Source: a virus
Strand: one strand, 5' to 3'
IMG/VR virus record: IMGVR_UViG_3300024264_002047
Length of the DNA stretch: 64,000 bases
Numbering within the stretch: the stretch's first letter is position 1; the number at the start of each line of letters is the position of its first letter. The notes below the pieces were generated by a model that saw nothing but the letters and a program-made list of their open reading frames with translations, did not search any database and had not been told where the DNA came from. The position numbers and the translations under genes are program-made. Positions 1 to 9,181 of the stretch are shown here, one piece after another.

Positions 1-1
1 A

Positions 2-844
2 GCAAAACGTAATATTGATTTCCATGCTCTTGTTGGTAATCATGATACTTATTATGCAAGTACTAACGAAATCAATAGTATGAATCTATTGCTGCAAGAG
101 TATCCGCAGTTTACTTTATATCAAGACGACGGAGTAGAATTGGAAATTGGTTCAACTAAATTCCTTATGCTACCTTGGTTGAATAAAGAGAACGGTGAAA
201 AGAATCTAGAAATCGTAAAGAACTCTGATGCTAATATATTAATGGGACACCTTGAAGTAAAAGGTTTTGAGATGATGAAAGGCGCGTTGTGTACGCATGG
301 TATTGATATGAACGTGTTCAAGAATTTTGAATCTGCGTTCTCTGGTCATTTCCACCATCCTTCAAGATATGGTAATGTTGAGTACCTTGGATCACCGTAT
401 GAAATGACATGGTCTGATTATAAAGGTAGTCGAGGTTTCCATGTATTCGATACTGAAACAAGAGAGATGGTTAAGATTGAGAATCCTAATCGTGTATTCT
501 ATAAAGTATTCTATGACGATGAGAATTGGACAGTTGACGATGTTGCGAATTACGATGTAGAACAATATCGAGACAAGTTCGTTAAGGTAATCGTACAGAA
601 TAGAACTAACGCATATCTTTATGATATGTTTATGGGTCGTATGTCTGAATGTGGTGCGGTAGATGTTAGAGCCGTTGATGACCATTTAAATTTAGATGCA
701 GAAGGCGTTGATGAGATACTTGACGAAACAAAAGATACGACAGAAATATTATCACAATACATTGATGGTCTTGAGACTACAATTGATAAAGTAAAAGTAA
801 AGACTGTATTGGATGATTTATATCATGAGGCACTTAGTTTATGA
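2..844 (+). CDS. gp47: Recombination endonuclease subunit (Mre11/SbcD-like), 5'-truncated by window edge
   Basis: Frame open from position 2 (AKRNIDFHALVGNHD); metallophosphoesterase motifs GNHD, GHLE, SGHFH; overlaps gp46 start. Confidence 0.93.
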   Translation, partial: AKRNIDFHALVGNHDTYYASTNEINSMNLLLQEYPQFTLYQDDGVELEIGSTKFLMLPWLNKENGEKNLEIVKNSDANILMGHLEVKGFEMMKGALCTHGIDMNVFKNFESAFSGHFHHPSRYGNVEYLGSPYEMTWSDYKGSRGFHVFDTETREMVKIENPNRVFYKVFYDDENWTVDDVANYDVEQYRDKFVKVIVQNRTNAYLYDMFMGRMSECGAVDVRAVDDHLNLDAEGVDEILDETKDTTEILSQYIDGLETTIDKVKVKTVLDDLYHEALSL

Positions 845-2553
845 GAATTAACTTTGAGAAGGTTAAATATAAAAACATACTATCAACAGGAAACGTATTT
901 ACAACAGTTGAACTAAATCAAGTTCCTAGTACATTGATCGCAGGATCAAATGGTTCAGGTAAAAGTACATTGCTTGATGCAATCGTATTTGGTCTATACG
1001 GCCGACCTTTTCGTAATATCAACAAAGCACAGCTTGTTAACTCTATTAATAATAAAGAACTCATTGTAGAATTATACTTTACTGCCGGTGGTGATAAGTA
1101 CAAAATCCTTCGTGGTATTAAACCTAATCTCTTTGAGATATGGAAGAATGGTGCAATGATTAATAAAGATGCATCTATTCGAGATTATCAAGGATTCCTC
1201 GAAGACGATATCTTAGGTATCAACTTTAAGGCATTCAATCAAATCGTGGTACTTGGTTCTGCTACTTATATTCCTTTTATGGAATTGAGAGCATATCAAC
1301 GCCGAGAGATTATTGAAGACCTATTGGATATTCAAGTATTCTCTGTTATGGGTACATTGGCAAAAGAACGTATGTCAAGTATCAAGACTGATATTACTGA
1401 TAACAAGTATGATATAGAAATGGTTGAGAGTAAGATATCTTCTCAACAAGAAAACGATGAAGCAATTCGTAATCTAAAAACAATTGAAGTCGATAAGATC
1501 AAAGAAAAGATGGGTGGTCATATCGAAGATATAGAAAACAAGAATGGTACTATTGATACTCAAGATGAGATTATAAAAGTACTCTACGATGATATCTCTG
1601 ATAAACCTAATGAGAAACAAAAGTTTGCTGATGCAACTGAAAAGAGAGCTGAGCTTGAAAGAAGTCGTGTACAGTTTGAAAAGGAACTATCGTTCTATGA
1701 ACACAATGATGATTGTCCAACATGTAAGCAAGGTATTGCTCATGATTTCAAACAAGAACAGATTATAGATAAGAATCAACAGAAAGCTGGTATTGAGAAA
1801 GGTCTTGTTGAAATAGCAGACGTACTTACTAAACATCAGACTCGTTTAGGTTCTATCTCAAAAATCGAAGAACAGATTCAATCAGTTAACTTTAAGATCT
1901 CTGAGATCCGAGCTGAAATCAAAATGTCCAAGAATGCTCTAATGAGTTATAAAAAGGAACTTGATAATGCTCAAAAGGAAGTTGCTGAAATTGATACTTC
2001 TAAACTTGAGAATCTACAAAAGAGAATAGATAAGCTAACTGCAAGTCGTACTGAACTTCTTGATGAACATGAAGTACTCAATATTGTTCAATTGATATTG
2101 AGAGACGGTGGTATTAAGGCAAAGATTATTTCTCAGTACATTCCAGTTATTAATAAACTTATCAACAAGTATCTTGCTGCGTTTGATCTGTTCGTTGACT
2201 TTCAACTTGACGAAGAGTTTAATGAAGTAATACGTTCAAGGTTCAGAGACAAGTTCACCTATGCTAGTTTTTCCGAAGGTGAGAAACTACGTATCACACT
2301 ATCAATCATGTTGGCATGGAGATCAGTTGCTAAACTAAGATCATCTGTTTCAACTAATCTATTGATACTTGATGAAACTCTTGACGGCGCCTTGGATGGT
2401 GTTGGTATTGAGAGTTTGATTGAAACACTGCATGGATTGAATAACGACGACAATATCTTTGTGATATCGCATCGTGGAGATCAGTTCGCAGAAAAGTTTG
2501 AGAACAACCTCAAGTTCGAGAAAATCAAGAACTTCTCGGAGTTAGTACAATAA
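841..2553 (+). CDS. gp46: Recombination endonuclease subunit (Rad50/SbcC-like ATPase)
   Basis: Walker A GSNGSGKS, zinc hook CPTC, signature FSEGEK, Walker B LILDE, ISH; long coiled coil. Confidence 0.95.
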   Translation: MRINFEKVKYKNILSTGNVFTTVELNQVPSTLIAGSNGSGKSTLLDAIVFGLYGRPFRNINKAQLVNSINNKELIVELYFTAGGDKYKILRGIKPNLFEIWKNGAMINKDASIRDYQGFLEDDILGINFKAFNQIVVLGSATYIPFMELRAYQRREIIEDLLDIQVFSVMGTLAKERMSSIKTDITDNKYDIEMVESKISSQQENDEAIRNLKTIEVDKIKEKMGGHIEDIENKNGTIDTQDEIIKVLYDDISDKPNEKQKFADATEKRAELERSRVQFEKELSFYEHNDDCPTCKQGIAHDFKQEQIIDKNQQKAGIEKGLVEIADVLTKHQTRLGSISKIEEQIQSVNFKISEIRAEIKMSKNALMSYKKELDNAQKEVAEIDTSKLENLQKRIDKLTASRTELLDEHEVLNIVQLILRDGGIKAKIISQYIPVINKLINKYLAAFDLFVDFQLDEEFNEVIRSRFRDKFTYASFSEGEKLRITLSIMLAWRSVAKLRSSVSTNLLILDETLDGALDGVGIESLIETLHGLNNDDNIFVISHRGDQFAEKFENNLKFEKIKNFSELVQ

Positions 2554-2556
2554 CCA

Positions 2557-2585
2557 TTGACATTCTCCGTCAACTAGTATATAAT
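2557..2585 (+). promoter_or_regulatory. sigma70-type early promoter
   Basis: TTGACA-N17-TATAAT upstream of gp43. Confidence 0.85.
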
Positions 2586-2610
2586 GGTTGTTCAAATATA
2601 AAAAGGCATT

Positions 2611-5169
2611 ATGGCATTGACTAAATTCTATACATCCGTTGAAAGATACGGAAACAATATTTTACATCGAGGTTACGAAAATGGTAAACGTTTCTCGTAC
2701 CGCGTTCCATTTCAGCCTACTCTATATGTTCATACTCCAAAGTCTGGAGCAGAAGGTTTCCATTCGTTAGAAGGTAACTTACCTGTATCTCCACATAAGT
2801 TTGGTGATATGCGCGAAGCAAAGAACTTCATCGAAGAATACAAAGGTGTTCATGGTATGAAGACGTTTGGTTCAACAAATTATGTTACTCAGTTTATTCA
2901 AGAAGAGTATCCTGATAAGATTACCTATGACGTAAGTCAAGTCAATATCGTATCGTTTGATATTGAGGTCGACATCAGTGATGGTTATCCTAATATGGAA
3001 ACTGCTGATAAACCGATTACATCAATTGCTTATCATAGTTCTCGAGACGATGTATATTATGTACTTGGTCGTAAGGACTATGACAAGACTAAAACTGTTA
3101 CTGATATTCCTCAGGACAAGATCAAGTTTGTATTATTTGATAGTGTTGATGGTGAACGTGCTTTACTTCAATACTTTATGAAACTATGGACAACAGATTA
3201 TCCGGATATCGTAACAGGTTGGAACGTTGAGTACTTTGATATTCAATACATCGTAACTCGTATCATCGCGTTACTTGGAGAAGATACTGCAAAGCGTTTA
3301 TCTCCACACAAATCAATCAAACAAAGATCTCGAGAAATTTTCGGTAAAGTCAACTCAACATATTCTATTATGGGTGTTGCTGTTATCGACTATATGGATT
3401 GTTTCAAAAAGTTTGGTTACAAGTACGGTCCTCAAGAATCGTATAAGTTAGATCATATTGCTTATGCTGTCCTTGGTGAAAAGAAAATTGATTACTCTGA
3501 ATATGGTTCACTAACTGGATTATGGGAAGAGAATCCTCAACTATATCTTGATTATAATTTAAAAGATACTCAGTTAATTGCTCGTCTCGAAGAAGAGACA
3601 GGATTGCTTGCATTGGTATGTACAGTTGCGTATGATGGTGGTGTTAACTATCAAGATGCGTTTGGTACTGTTGGTATATGGGAAGCAACCATATATCGTA
3701 AACTGATGAAAGACAAAATCGTTCCTCCACTAAAAGGTGCGCCAGGAATGAGAGCAGGAGATCTTGTAGGTGGTTATGTAAAAGATCCTAAGGTTGGAAT
3801 GCATCCTTGGGTTGTATCTTTTGACCTTAACTCTCTATATCCTCATTTGATGTTACAATATAATATGTCACCAGAAACATATATGGATGGAGATCGCGAA
3901 TATGTAACTCAAGATATGGTACTCAAAGGTGAATATCAGAATGATCGTGACGGAGTCTCCGTTGCTGCTAATGGTGTTTGCTTTTCTAACAAGAAGTTAG
4001 GAATCATTCCTGAAATCATTGATGAATATTATGGAAACCGTTCTGTTATTAAAAAGCAGATGATCGCAGCTGAACAACAGTTTGAGATTGAAAAGGATCC
4101 TGCAGAGCTCAAGAGGCTCAAGCGTGAGATCAACCAATTACATAACTCGCAAATGTCAATTAAGATTGCCATGAACAGTTTGTATGGTGCAACTGCTAAC
4201 GTATATTTCTTATACTATATTAACGAGATGGCCGAAGCGATTACCACAAGTGGTCAGCTCAGTATCCGATATGCTCAGAAATCAGTGAATGATTACCTAA
4301 ACAAAATTCTAGGTACTGATGGTGTTGATTACATTATCTATATTGATACCGACTCTATCTATGTTGACTTCGGTCCTCTGATTACAGAAGTATTTGGTAC
4401 GACTGATATTGATAAAGACAAAGGTGAAGAGTTCCTTGATAGAGTTTGCTCTACAAAGATAGAACAAATCATCGAAGACGGTTATGAAAAGCTTGCATCT
4501 GATCTAGGTACATATCGTAACGCAATGGTAATGAAACGTGAAAAGATTGCTCATCGTGGTATCTTTGTTGCTAAGAAACGATATATTCTAAATACGTTGA
4601 ACTCTGAAGGTGTACATTATGATACTCCTAAGATAGCAGTGACAGGATTGGAATCAGTAAGATCGTCTACTCCTGAGATCTGTCGAGAGAAACTCAAGAA
4701 ATGTTTTGAAGTGATTATGAATACTGATGAATCAGAAACTCAAAAGTTCATACGTGATTTCAGAGAAGAGTTCCGTAAACTTGATCCTATTGCTATCGCA
4801 AAGACTTCAGGTGTTTCTGAACTCAAAAAGTATCAAGAGAAAGGTTCGATATACAGAAAAGGTACACCAATGCACGTTCGTGGTTCCCTGATGTATAACC
4901 ACTTCCTCAAAGAGAAAGGACTTGATAAGAAGTTTGAGACGATTCAAGGTGGAGACAAAGTCAAGTTATTATATTTAAAGGTACCTAATCCTATTCGCGA
5001 AAACGCAATATCGGTTCCAGGACTATTACCAAAACAATTAGGACTCCATGATTACATTGATACTGAACTTCAGTTTGATAAAGTATTCCTAAGTCCTATA
5101 CAATCAATTCTCGATGCAGTCGGATGGTCGGCAGAGAAGAGAGATACAATTGAAGATTTCTTCAGTTAA
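2611..5169 (+). CDS. gp43: Family B DNA polymerase
   Basis: Exo motif FDIE; polymerase motifs FDLNSLYP, KIAMNSLYG, YIDTDS, KKRY. Confidence 0.97.
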   Translation: MALTKFYTSVERYGNNILHRGYENGKRFSYRVPFQPTLYVHTPKSGAEGFHSLEGNLPVSPHKFGDMREAKNFIEEYKGVHGMKTFGSTNYVTQFIQEEYPDKITYDVSQVNIVSFDIEVDISDGYPNMETADKPITSIAYHSSRDDVYYVLGRKDYDKTKTVTDIPQDKIKFVLFDSVDGERALLQYFMKLWTTDYPDIVTGWNVEYFDIQYIVTRIIALLGEDTAKRLSPHKSIKQRSREIFGKVNSTYSIMGVAVIDYMDCFKKFGYKYGPQESYKLDHIAYAVLGEKKIDYSEYGSLTGLWEENPQLYLDYNLKDTQLIARLEEETGLLALVCTVAYDGGVNYQDAFGTVGIWEATIYRKLMKDKIVPPLKGAPGMRAGDLVGGYVKDPKVGMHPWVVSFDLNSLYPHLMLQYNMSPETYMDGDREYVTQDMVLKGEYQNDRDGVSVAANGVCFSNKKLGIIPEIIDEYYGNRSVIKKQMIAAEQQFEIEKDPAELKRLKREINQLHNSQMSIKIAMNSLYGATANVYFLYYINEMAEAITTSGQLSIRYAQKSVNDYLNKILGTDGVDYIIYIDTDSIYVDFGPLITEVFGTTDIDKDKGEEFLDRVCSTKIEQIIEDGYEKLASDLGTYRNAMVMKREKIAHRGIFVAKKRYILNTLNSEGVHYDTPKIAVTGLESVRSSTPEICREKLKKCFEVIMNTDESETQKFIRDFREEFRKLDPIAIAKTSGVSELKKYQEKGSIYRKGTPMHVRGSLMYNHFLKEKGLDKKFETIQGGDKVKLLYLKVPNPIRENAISVPGLLPKQLGLHDYIDTELQFDKVFLSPIQSILDAVGWSAEKRDTIEDFFS

Positions 5170-5173
5170 ACTA

Positions 5174-5202
5174 TTGACATTTATATTAAAGTGTGGTATA
5201 AT
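5174..5202 (+). promoter_or_regulatory. sigma70-type early promoter
   Basis: TTGACA-N17-TATAAT with extended -10 TG. Confidence 0.85.
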
Positions 5203-5225
5203 AGCCACTAAACAGGAGAACAGTA

Positions 5226-5513
5226 ATGAGTGATGTACAAATTGTAAGGTTATCAACAGGTGAAGAAGTTGTAGCCAAAGTAACATATGATAAAGGATTC
5301 TATACATTAACGGATGGTATTCTTTTAGTTCCAGCAGGTGAAGGTAAAATTGGAATGGTTCCATTCGTACCTTACGCTGAAAGGAAACCAATTTCTATTG
5401 CAGAGAATCATGTTATGTTCGTAGCAGAACCAATGGATGAATTGAAGAAGCAAGTAATTGAAGCAACGACAGGACTGATCATGCCAGATAGTGGTGGATT
5501 AAAACTCGTATGA
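5226..5513 (+). CDS. Conserved small beta-rich (Sm-like) hypothetical protein of T4-like phages
   Basis: SD AGGAG; N-terminal VRLSTGEEVVA pattern. Confidence 0.6.
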   Translation: MSDVQIVRLSTGEEVVAKVTYDKGFYTLTDGILLVPAGEGKIGMVPFVPYAERKPISIAENHVMFVAEPMDELKKQVIEATTGLIMPDSGGLKLV

Positions 5514-5725
5514 TAGAGATATACGGAAAAGACAACTGCGCATATTGTAATATGGCAAAACAACTTTGTGAGTCCAAAGGATTGGACTTCGTATACAAAT
5601 CCTTGGATGTTGATTACAAACAAGATGAATTTTTTGAAAAGTTTCCAACCGCAAGAACCTTTCCACAGATTATAATGGAAGGTGAAGCAATTGGTGGATT
5701 TAATGAATTACGGGATAAATTATGA
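5510..5725 (+). CDS. nrdC: Glutaredoxin
   Basis: CAYC active site, TFPQI, IGGF. Confidence 0.9.
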   Translation: MIEIYGKDNCAYCNMAKQLCESKGLDFVYKSLDVDYKQDEFFEKFPTARTFPQIIMEGEAIGGFNELRDKL

Positions 5726-6135
5726 GTAAGGATTGGGTAAAAGACATTGTTGACATGCAGTCAAAATATAAAACACACAACTGGGTAGCAAACGCAGATG
5801 TGGAAAAGTTGAAAGCGTTTTTGGAATTTAGAGTTAACTTCCTACAAGAAGAACTCGAGGAAACAAGAACAGCTCAAAAAGATATCGACTCCGAAGAAAT
5901 TGTAGATGGTTTAGTTGACCTTTGTGTAGTGGCAATCGGTACTCTTGATGCCTTCGGAGTCGATCCTTATAAAGCTTGGGACGCAGTTCTCGAAGCAAAC
6001 ATGGCCAAAGAACCTGGAGTAAAGGAAGGACGGCCAAACCCACTAGGATTACCTGACTTGATGAAACCTGAAGGATGGACGGCTCCATCTCATGAAGGCA
6101 ATCATGGTATCCTACCAAAACTTAAAGGAGAGTAA
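5722..6135 (+). CDS. All-alpha NTP pyrophosphohydrolase (MazG/PRA-PH-like)
   Basis: EELEE...DGLVD acidic motif, ANMAK, KPEGW. Confidence 0.8.
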   Translation: MSKDWVKDIVDMQSKYKTHNWVANADVEKLKAFLEFRVNFLQEELEETRTAQKDIDSEEIVDGLVDLCVVAIGTLDAFGVDPYKAWDAVLEANMAKEPGVKEGRPNPLGLPDLMKPEGWTAPSHEGNHGILPKLKGE

Positions 6136-6136
6136 A

Positions 6137-6364
6137 ATGGCAATTAGAGAAATATTAGTTAATGCGTTAGTTTCAAGGTATGAAGCAGCCATTGCAGAAC
6201 ATACAGCAAACATTGCGGTATTTTTAGAGAATGGAGTTGGAGTAGCAGAACATCCTGGTACAGTTGAAACTCTTGATGCTGAAGTCGCAAAACTTGCCGA
6301 AGCCGAAGATAAATTGGCAACAGTAAGAACGTTTCTATTACCAGTTCCGCCAAAAGTTGTATAA
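6137..6364 (+). CDS. Hypothetical helical protein
   Basis: SD AAGGAG before ATG 6137; GVGVAEHP motif. Confidence 0.7.
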   Translation: MAIREILVNALVSRYEAAIAEHTANIAVFLENGVGVAEHPGTVETLDAEVAKLAEAEDKLATVRTFLLPVPPKVV

Positions 6365-6445
6365 ATTATTGATTTTGTTAGTAGTTCTTGTATATATAAA
6401 TTTATATGTTACATTACTGTAACATGTAGGCAACAGGAAAGAAAC

Positions 6446-6532
6446 ATGACATACATAGCAAAACAATACAAAAAGTTCCATCATATGATGAAAAGGAACA
6501 GAATTCAGAACGTTTGGAGAAAAGTTCTCTAA
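6446..6532 (+). CDS. Putative 28-aa basic peptide
   Basis: AGGA SD then MTYIAKQYKKFHHMMKRNRIQNVWRKVL*; fills an otherwise empty gap. Confidence 0.4.
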   Translation: MTYIAKQYKKFHHMMKRNRIQNVWRKVL

Positions 6533-6549
6533 ATATCTGAAATAAACCA

Positions 6550-6578
6550 TTGACATTCTTTATGATATAGATTATAAT
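6550..6578 (+). promoter_or_regulatory. sigma70-type early promoter
   Basis: TTGACA-N17-TATAAT. Confidence 0.85.
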
Positions 6579-6610
6579 TGTTCTATAAATTAAATTAATG
6601 GACTTACATT

Positions 6611-7156
6611 ATGGCATATTATGAAAAGGTCAACACAAACCTTAAATTGAAACTGATGGCAGACTGCGTTGTTGAAAATCACCCAGTCTATAAAGAAAGT
6701 CCTTTCCGTGAGGCTGTTCTACAACGGCCTGCGGATTTTAACCTAGAACATTTAATAGAACAATCGTTCGCTCTCTGCTCAAATGGTCTATACGAATTCA
6801 ACGACGGTATCCACGAAGACTTCACAGATGAATCTGAATCCAAAACGGGTACATTACACATATCGGCCAAGAGCAGTTCAGCCGAACTCTCAAGCGTAAG
6901 ATCTCATGACGGTGTCTTAAAGAAAGGTGCTATCCGAGCGGTTGTTGTTAACCCTGACACAGAAAAATTACATTACTTCTTTATACCAAAAGCTGTTGTA
7001 AAAACTATGATGACAACAAAGGAAGGCAAACCAAAAGTTAATCGTTCTTTATGGATTCGTTACAATAGTAAGAAAAAACTATTTACATCTGTAGAAAAGT
7101 ATGGTATAATAGAACATAACAATTTAAAAGACGTTGCTATGGAAAAAAACCGATGA
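6611..7156 (+). CDS. Hypothetical protein, possible PD-(D/E)XK nuclease
   Basis: 181-aa ORF with its own promoter; E...D-x4-E-S-K-T arrangement; basic C-terminus. Confidence 0.45.
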   Translation: MAYYEKVNTNLKLKLMADCVVENHPVYKESPFREAVLQRPADFNLEHLIEQSFALCSNGLYEFNDGIHEDFTDESESKTGTLHISAKSSSAELSSVRSHDGVLKKGAIRAVVVNPDTEKLHYFFIPKAVVKTMMTTKEGKPKVNRSLWIRYNSKKKLFTSVEKYGIIEHNNLKDVAMEKNR

Positions 7157-7172
7157 GTATACGAAGTTTCCA

Positions 7173-7201
7173 TTGACATTATCAAGAATCTTTGATATAA
7201 T
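7173..7201 (+). promoter_or_regulatory. sigma70-type early promoter
   Basis: TTGACA-N17-TATAAT. Confidence 0.85.
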
Positions 7202-7224
7202 ATATTTTTTATTATGGAGTCTAT

Positions 7225-7569
7225 ATGACAAAACCAACCAACCCAGTTTCGGTCGATGTACTACAAGAGTGCGTTGACCTTCAATTGAAAAAGTCGAGAG
7301 ATTATCAAAATCCAAACTCGACTGTTCAACAAGCTGACTACTATCCTAACGGAATTACAACCATTCATGATATTATGCATGCAAAAATGCTACGTATGAA
7401 ATCAGTAATGGAAGCAATGCAGTCAGATGATTACGATCCTAACTTTGAGTCCCTTGAAGATTCAGCAAAAGATTTAATTAACTATTCAAGTTTCTTTGTC
7501 TCTTACTGTCGTCAAGGTATTACAGGTCAGGATTCAACTAAAGATGTATTTAACAGGAGTACTAAATAA
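7225..7569 (+). CDS. DUF1599 / nucleotide-modification-associated domain 1-like protein
   Basis: KKSRDY...K.LR...ESLEDSAKDLINY pattern. Confidence 0.65.
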   Translation: MTKPTNPVSVDVLQECVDLQLKKSRDYQNPNSTVQQADYYPNGITTIHDIMHAKMLRMKSVMEAMQSDDYDPNFESLEDSAKDLINYSSFFVSYCRQGITGQDSTKDVFNRSTK

Positions 7570-7823
7570 TGAGCAATGTGATATTACCGTCAAGTGACGA
7601 AGACAAAAAACGAATCCGTGGTTGCATGGAAGAAATGAGTAATTCTTTTACAAGAATGGAAGGCGAACGTGATTTTCAGAAAGAAGCAATCAATGCTTTG
7701 GCTGACGAAGTTCAGATCCCAAAATCAATCCTAAGGAAAACCGCAAGAGCTTTCCATAATCAAAATGTTTCTGATCTAATTGCAGAAGTATCTGATATTG
7801 AAGCGTTAATGGAATCTATCTAA
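7569..7823 (+). CDS. Small helical putative dsDNA-binding protein (DsbA/GapR-like)
   Basis: 84 aa; coiled helix followed by IPKSILRK; resemblance only. Confidence 0.5.
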   Translation: MSNVILPSSDEDKKRIRGCMEEMSNSFTRMEGERDFQKEAINALADEVQIPKSILRKTARAFHNQNVSDLIAEVSDIEALMESI

Positions 7824-8491
7824 TGAAACAAGTCCAAGACATTCGTAACATCATTATGAACAAGTATCTCTGTGAAGATTTTACTGTTGATCGTACTGGT
7901 GCAAAAACTATCGAAGTCTTTGGTGAATCGTTTCTTGCCGATGAAGACTACGTAATTCGTAAACCTGCATATAAGTATATTGAACGTGAACTAGATTGGT
8001 ACATGTCTGAATCATTATATGTTGATGATATTCCTGGTGATACACCACAGATTTGGAAAGACATATCTTCTGACGAAGGTAAGATCAATTCTAATTATGG
8101 TTGGTGTATTTACTCTGAAGAGAATGGTCATCAGTATAAACATGTACTTCGAGAGTTGAGAAATAATCCAAACAGCCGACGTGCTTCAATGATTTATAAT
8201 CGACCAAGTATGCATACTGATTTCAACCGCGACGGTATGAATGACTTTATGTGTACCTTTAGTAATACGTTTATGATTCGTGATGGCAAACTTATTTCCC
8301 ATTATGTAATGAGATCTAACGATGCAGTCTTTGGTTATAACAATGATTATGCTTGGGCAAAGTTTGTTCAAGGACAACTTGCTTATGATCTTGAAGTTGA
8401 AGTCGGTGATCTTATTTGGACTGCTACTAACTTTCATGTTTACGAAAGACACTTCGACCAAGTTGAGGCATTAGTGAATGCAGGATCCTAA
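7823..8491 (+). CDS. gp42: dCMP hydroxymethylase (thymidylate synthase fold)
   Basis: Colinear with T4 gp42 as recalled: TGAKTIE, YIERELDWY, INSNYGW, SRR, DFMCT, MRSNDAVFGYNNDYAW with the cytosine-specifying Asp, HVY.RHF. Confidence 0.9.
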   Translation: MKQVQDIRNIIMNKYLCEDFTVDRTGAKTIEVFGESFLADEDYVIRKPAYKYIERELDWYMSESLYVDDIPGDTPQIWKDISSDEGKINSNYGWCIYSEENGHQYKHVLRELRNNPNSRRASMIYNRPSMHTDFNRDGMNDFMCTFSNTFMIRDGKLISHYVMRSNDAVFGYNNDYAWAKFVQGQLAYDLEVEVGDLIWTATNFHVYERHFDQVEALVNAGS

Positions 8492-8924
8492 ATGGGATAA
8501 ACGTTTTATGAACGTTGCTCGAGAGATCTCTACATGGAGTAAAGATCCTTCAAAACAAATAGGTGCGGTGGCAGTTAACTCTGACCGTCGTATCCTAGCA
8601 ACTGGTTATAATGGATTCCCAAAAGGAATTGACGATACACCAGAACGTTATGAAAATCGAGAGCTTAAATATAGTTTGGTCGTACATGCCGAAATGAATT
8701 GCATATATAATGCTACCTTTAATGGTATTTCGTTAAAAGATGCAACTCTATATGTTTGGGGATTACCAGTTTGCTCTGATTGTGCAAAGGGAATTATCCA
8801 GGTTGGCATAAATAGAATTGTAATGGCAACAAGTGATGTACCAGAGAAATGGTCAGAGTCATTTGAAAAATCAAGAAACATGTTTTCAGAAGCTAATGTT
8901 GAAATTAGTAACATTTACTATTGA
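8478..8924 (+). CDS. cd: dCMP deaminase
   Basis: TGYNG, HAEMN, PVCSDC zinc motifs. Confidence 0.92.
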   Translation: MQDPKWDKRFMNVAREISTWSKDPSKQIGAVAVNSDRRILATGYNGFPKGIDDTPERYENRELKYSLVVHAEMNCIYNATFNGISLKDATLYVWGLPVCSDCAKGIIQVGINRIVMATSDVPEKWSESFEKSRNMFSEANVEISNIYY

Positions 8925-8949
8925 CAACCACTTGATAATTTGTTATAAT
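8921..8949 (+). promoter_or_regulatory. sigma70-type early promoter
   Basis: TTGACA-N17-TATAAT heading the sugar-enzyme operon. Confidence 0.85.
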
Positions 8950-8976
8950 AGAATTATTATTTTAAAAGGATATATT

Positions 8977-9180
8977 ATGAAAGAAAAATTGAAAGACCTT
9001 GGAATGGGATTGGCAGTAATACTAGGAATTGCATTTTCTGTATACGCAGCTATTTCTTTATTAGAACTTGTTAATATGACATCTGACCAAATCAGACTTG
9101 CATTAGCAACTCCATTCTTTATTTACTTCTGCTACCTCTTCGGTGGTTTAACAAGATCTATGCTAAATAGAAGTAATTAA
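8977..9180 (+). CDS. Small two-TM membrane protein
   Basis: SD AAGGA, ATG 8977; two hydrophobic segments. Confidence 0.65.
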   Translation: MKEKLKDLGMGLAVILGIAFSVYAAISLLELVNMTSDQIRLALATPFFIYFCYLFGGLTRSMLNRSN

Positions 9181-9181
9181 T

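Noticed and set aside
2611-5169. Intein or intron in the DNA polymerase
   Set aside because: 852 aa with contiguous motifs; no insertion visible
7823-8491. Ordinary thymidylate synthase
   Set aside because: Has Asp (NNDYAW) at the base-specificity position and follows T4 gp42 motifs throughout
8833-8976. N-terminal extension of ORF 8833-9180
   Set aside because: Overlaps dCMP deaminase and a promoter; the SD supports the start at 8977
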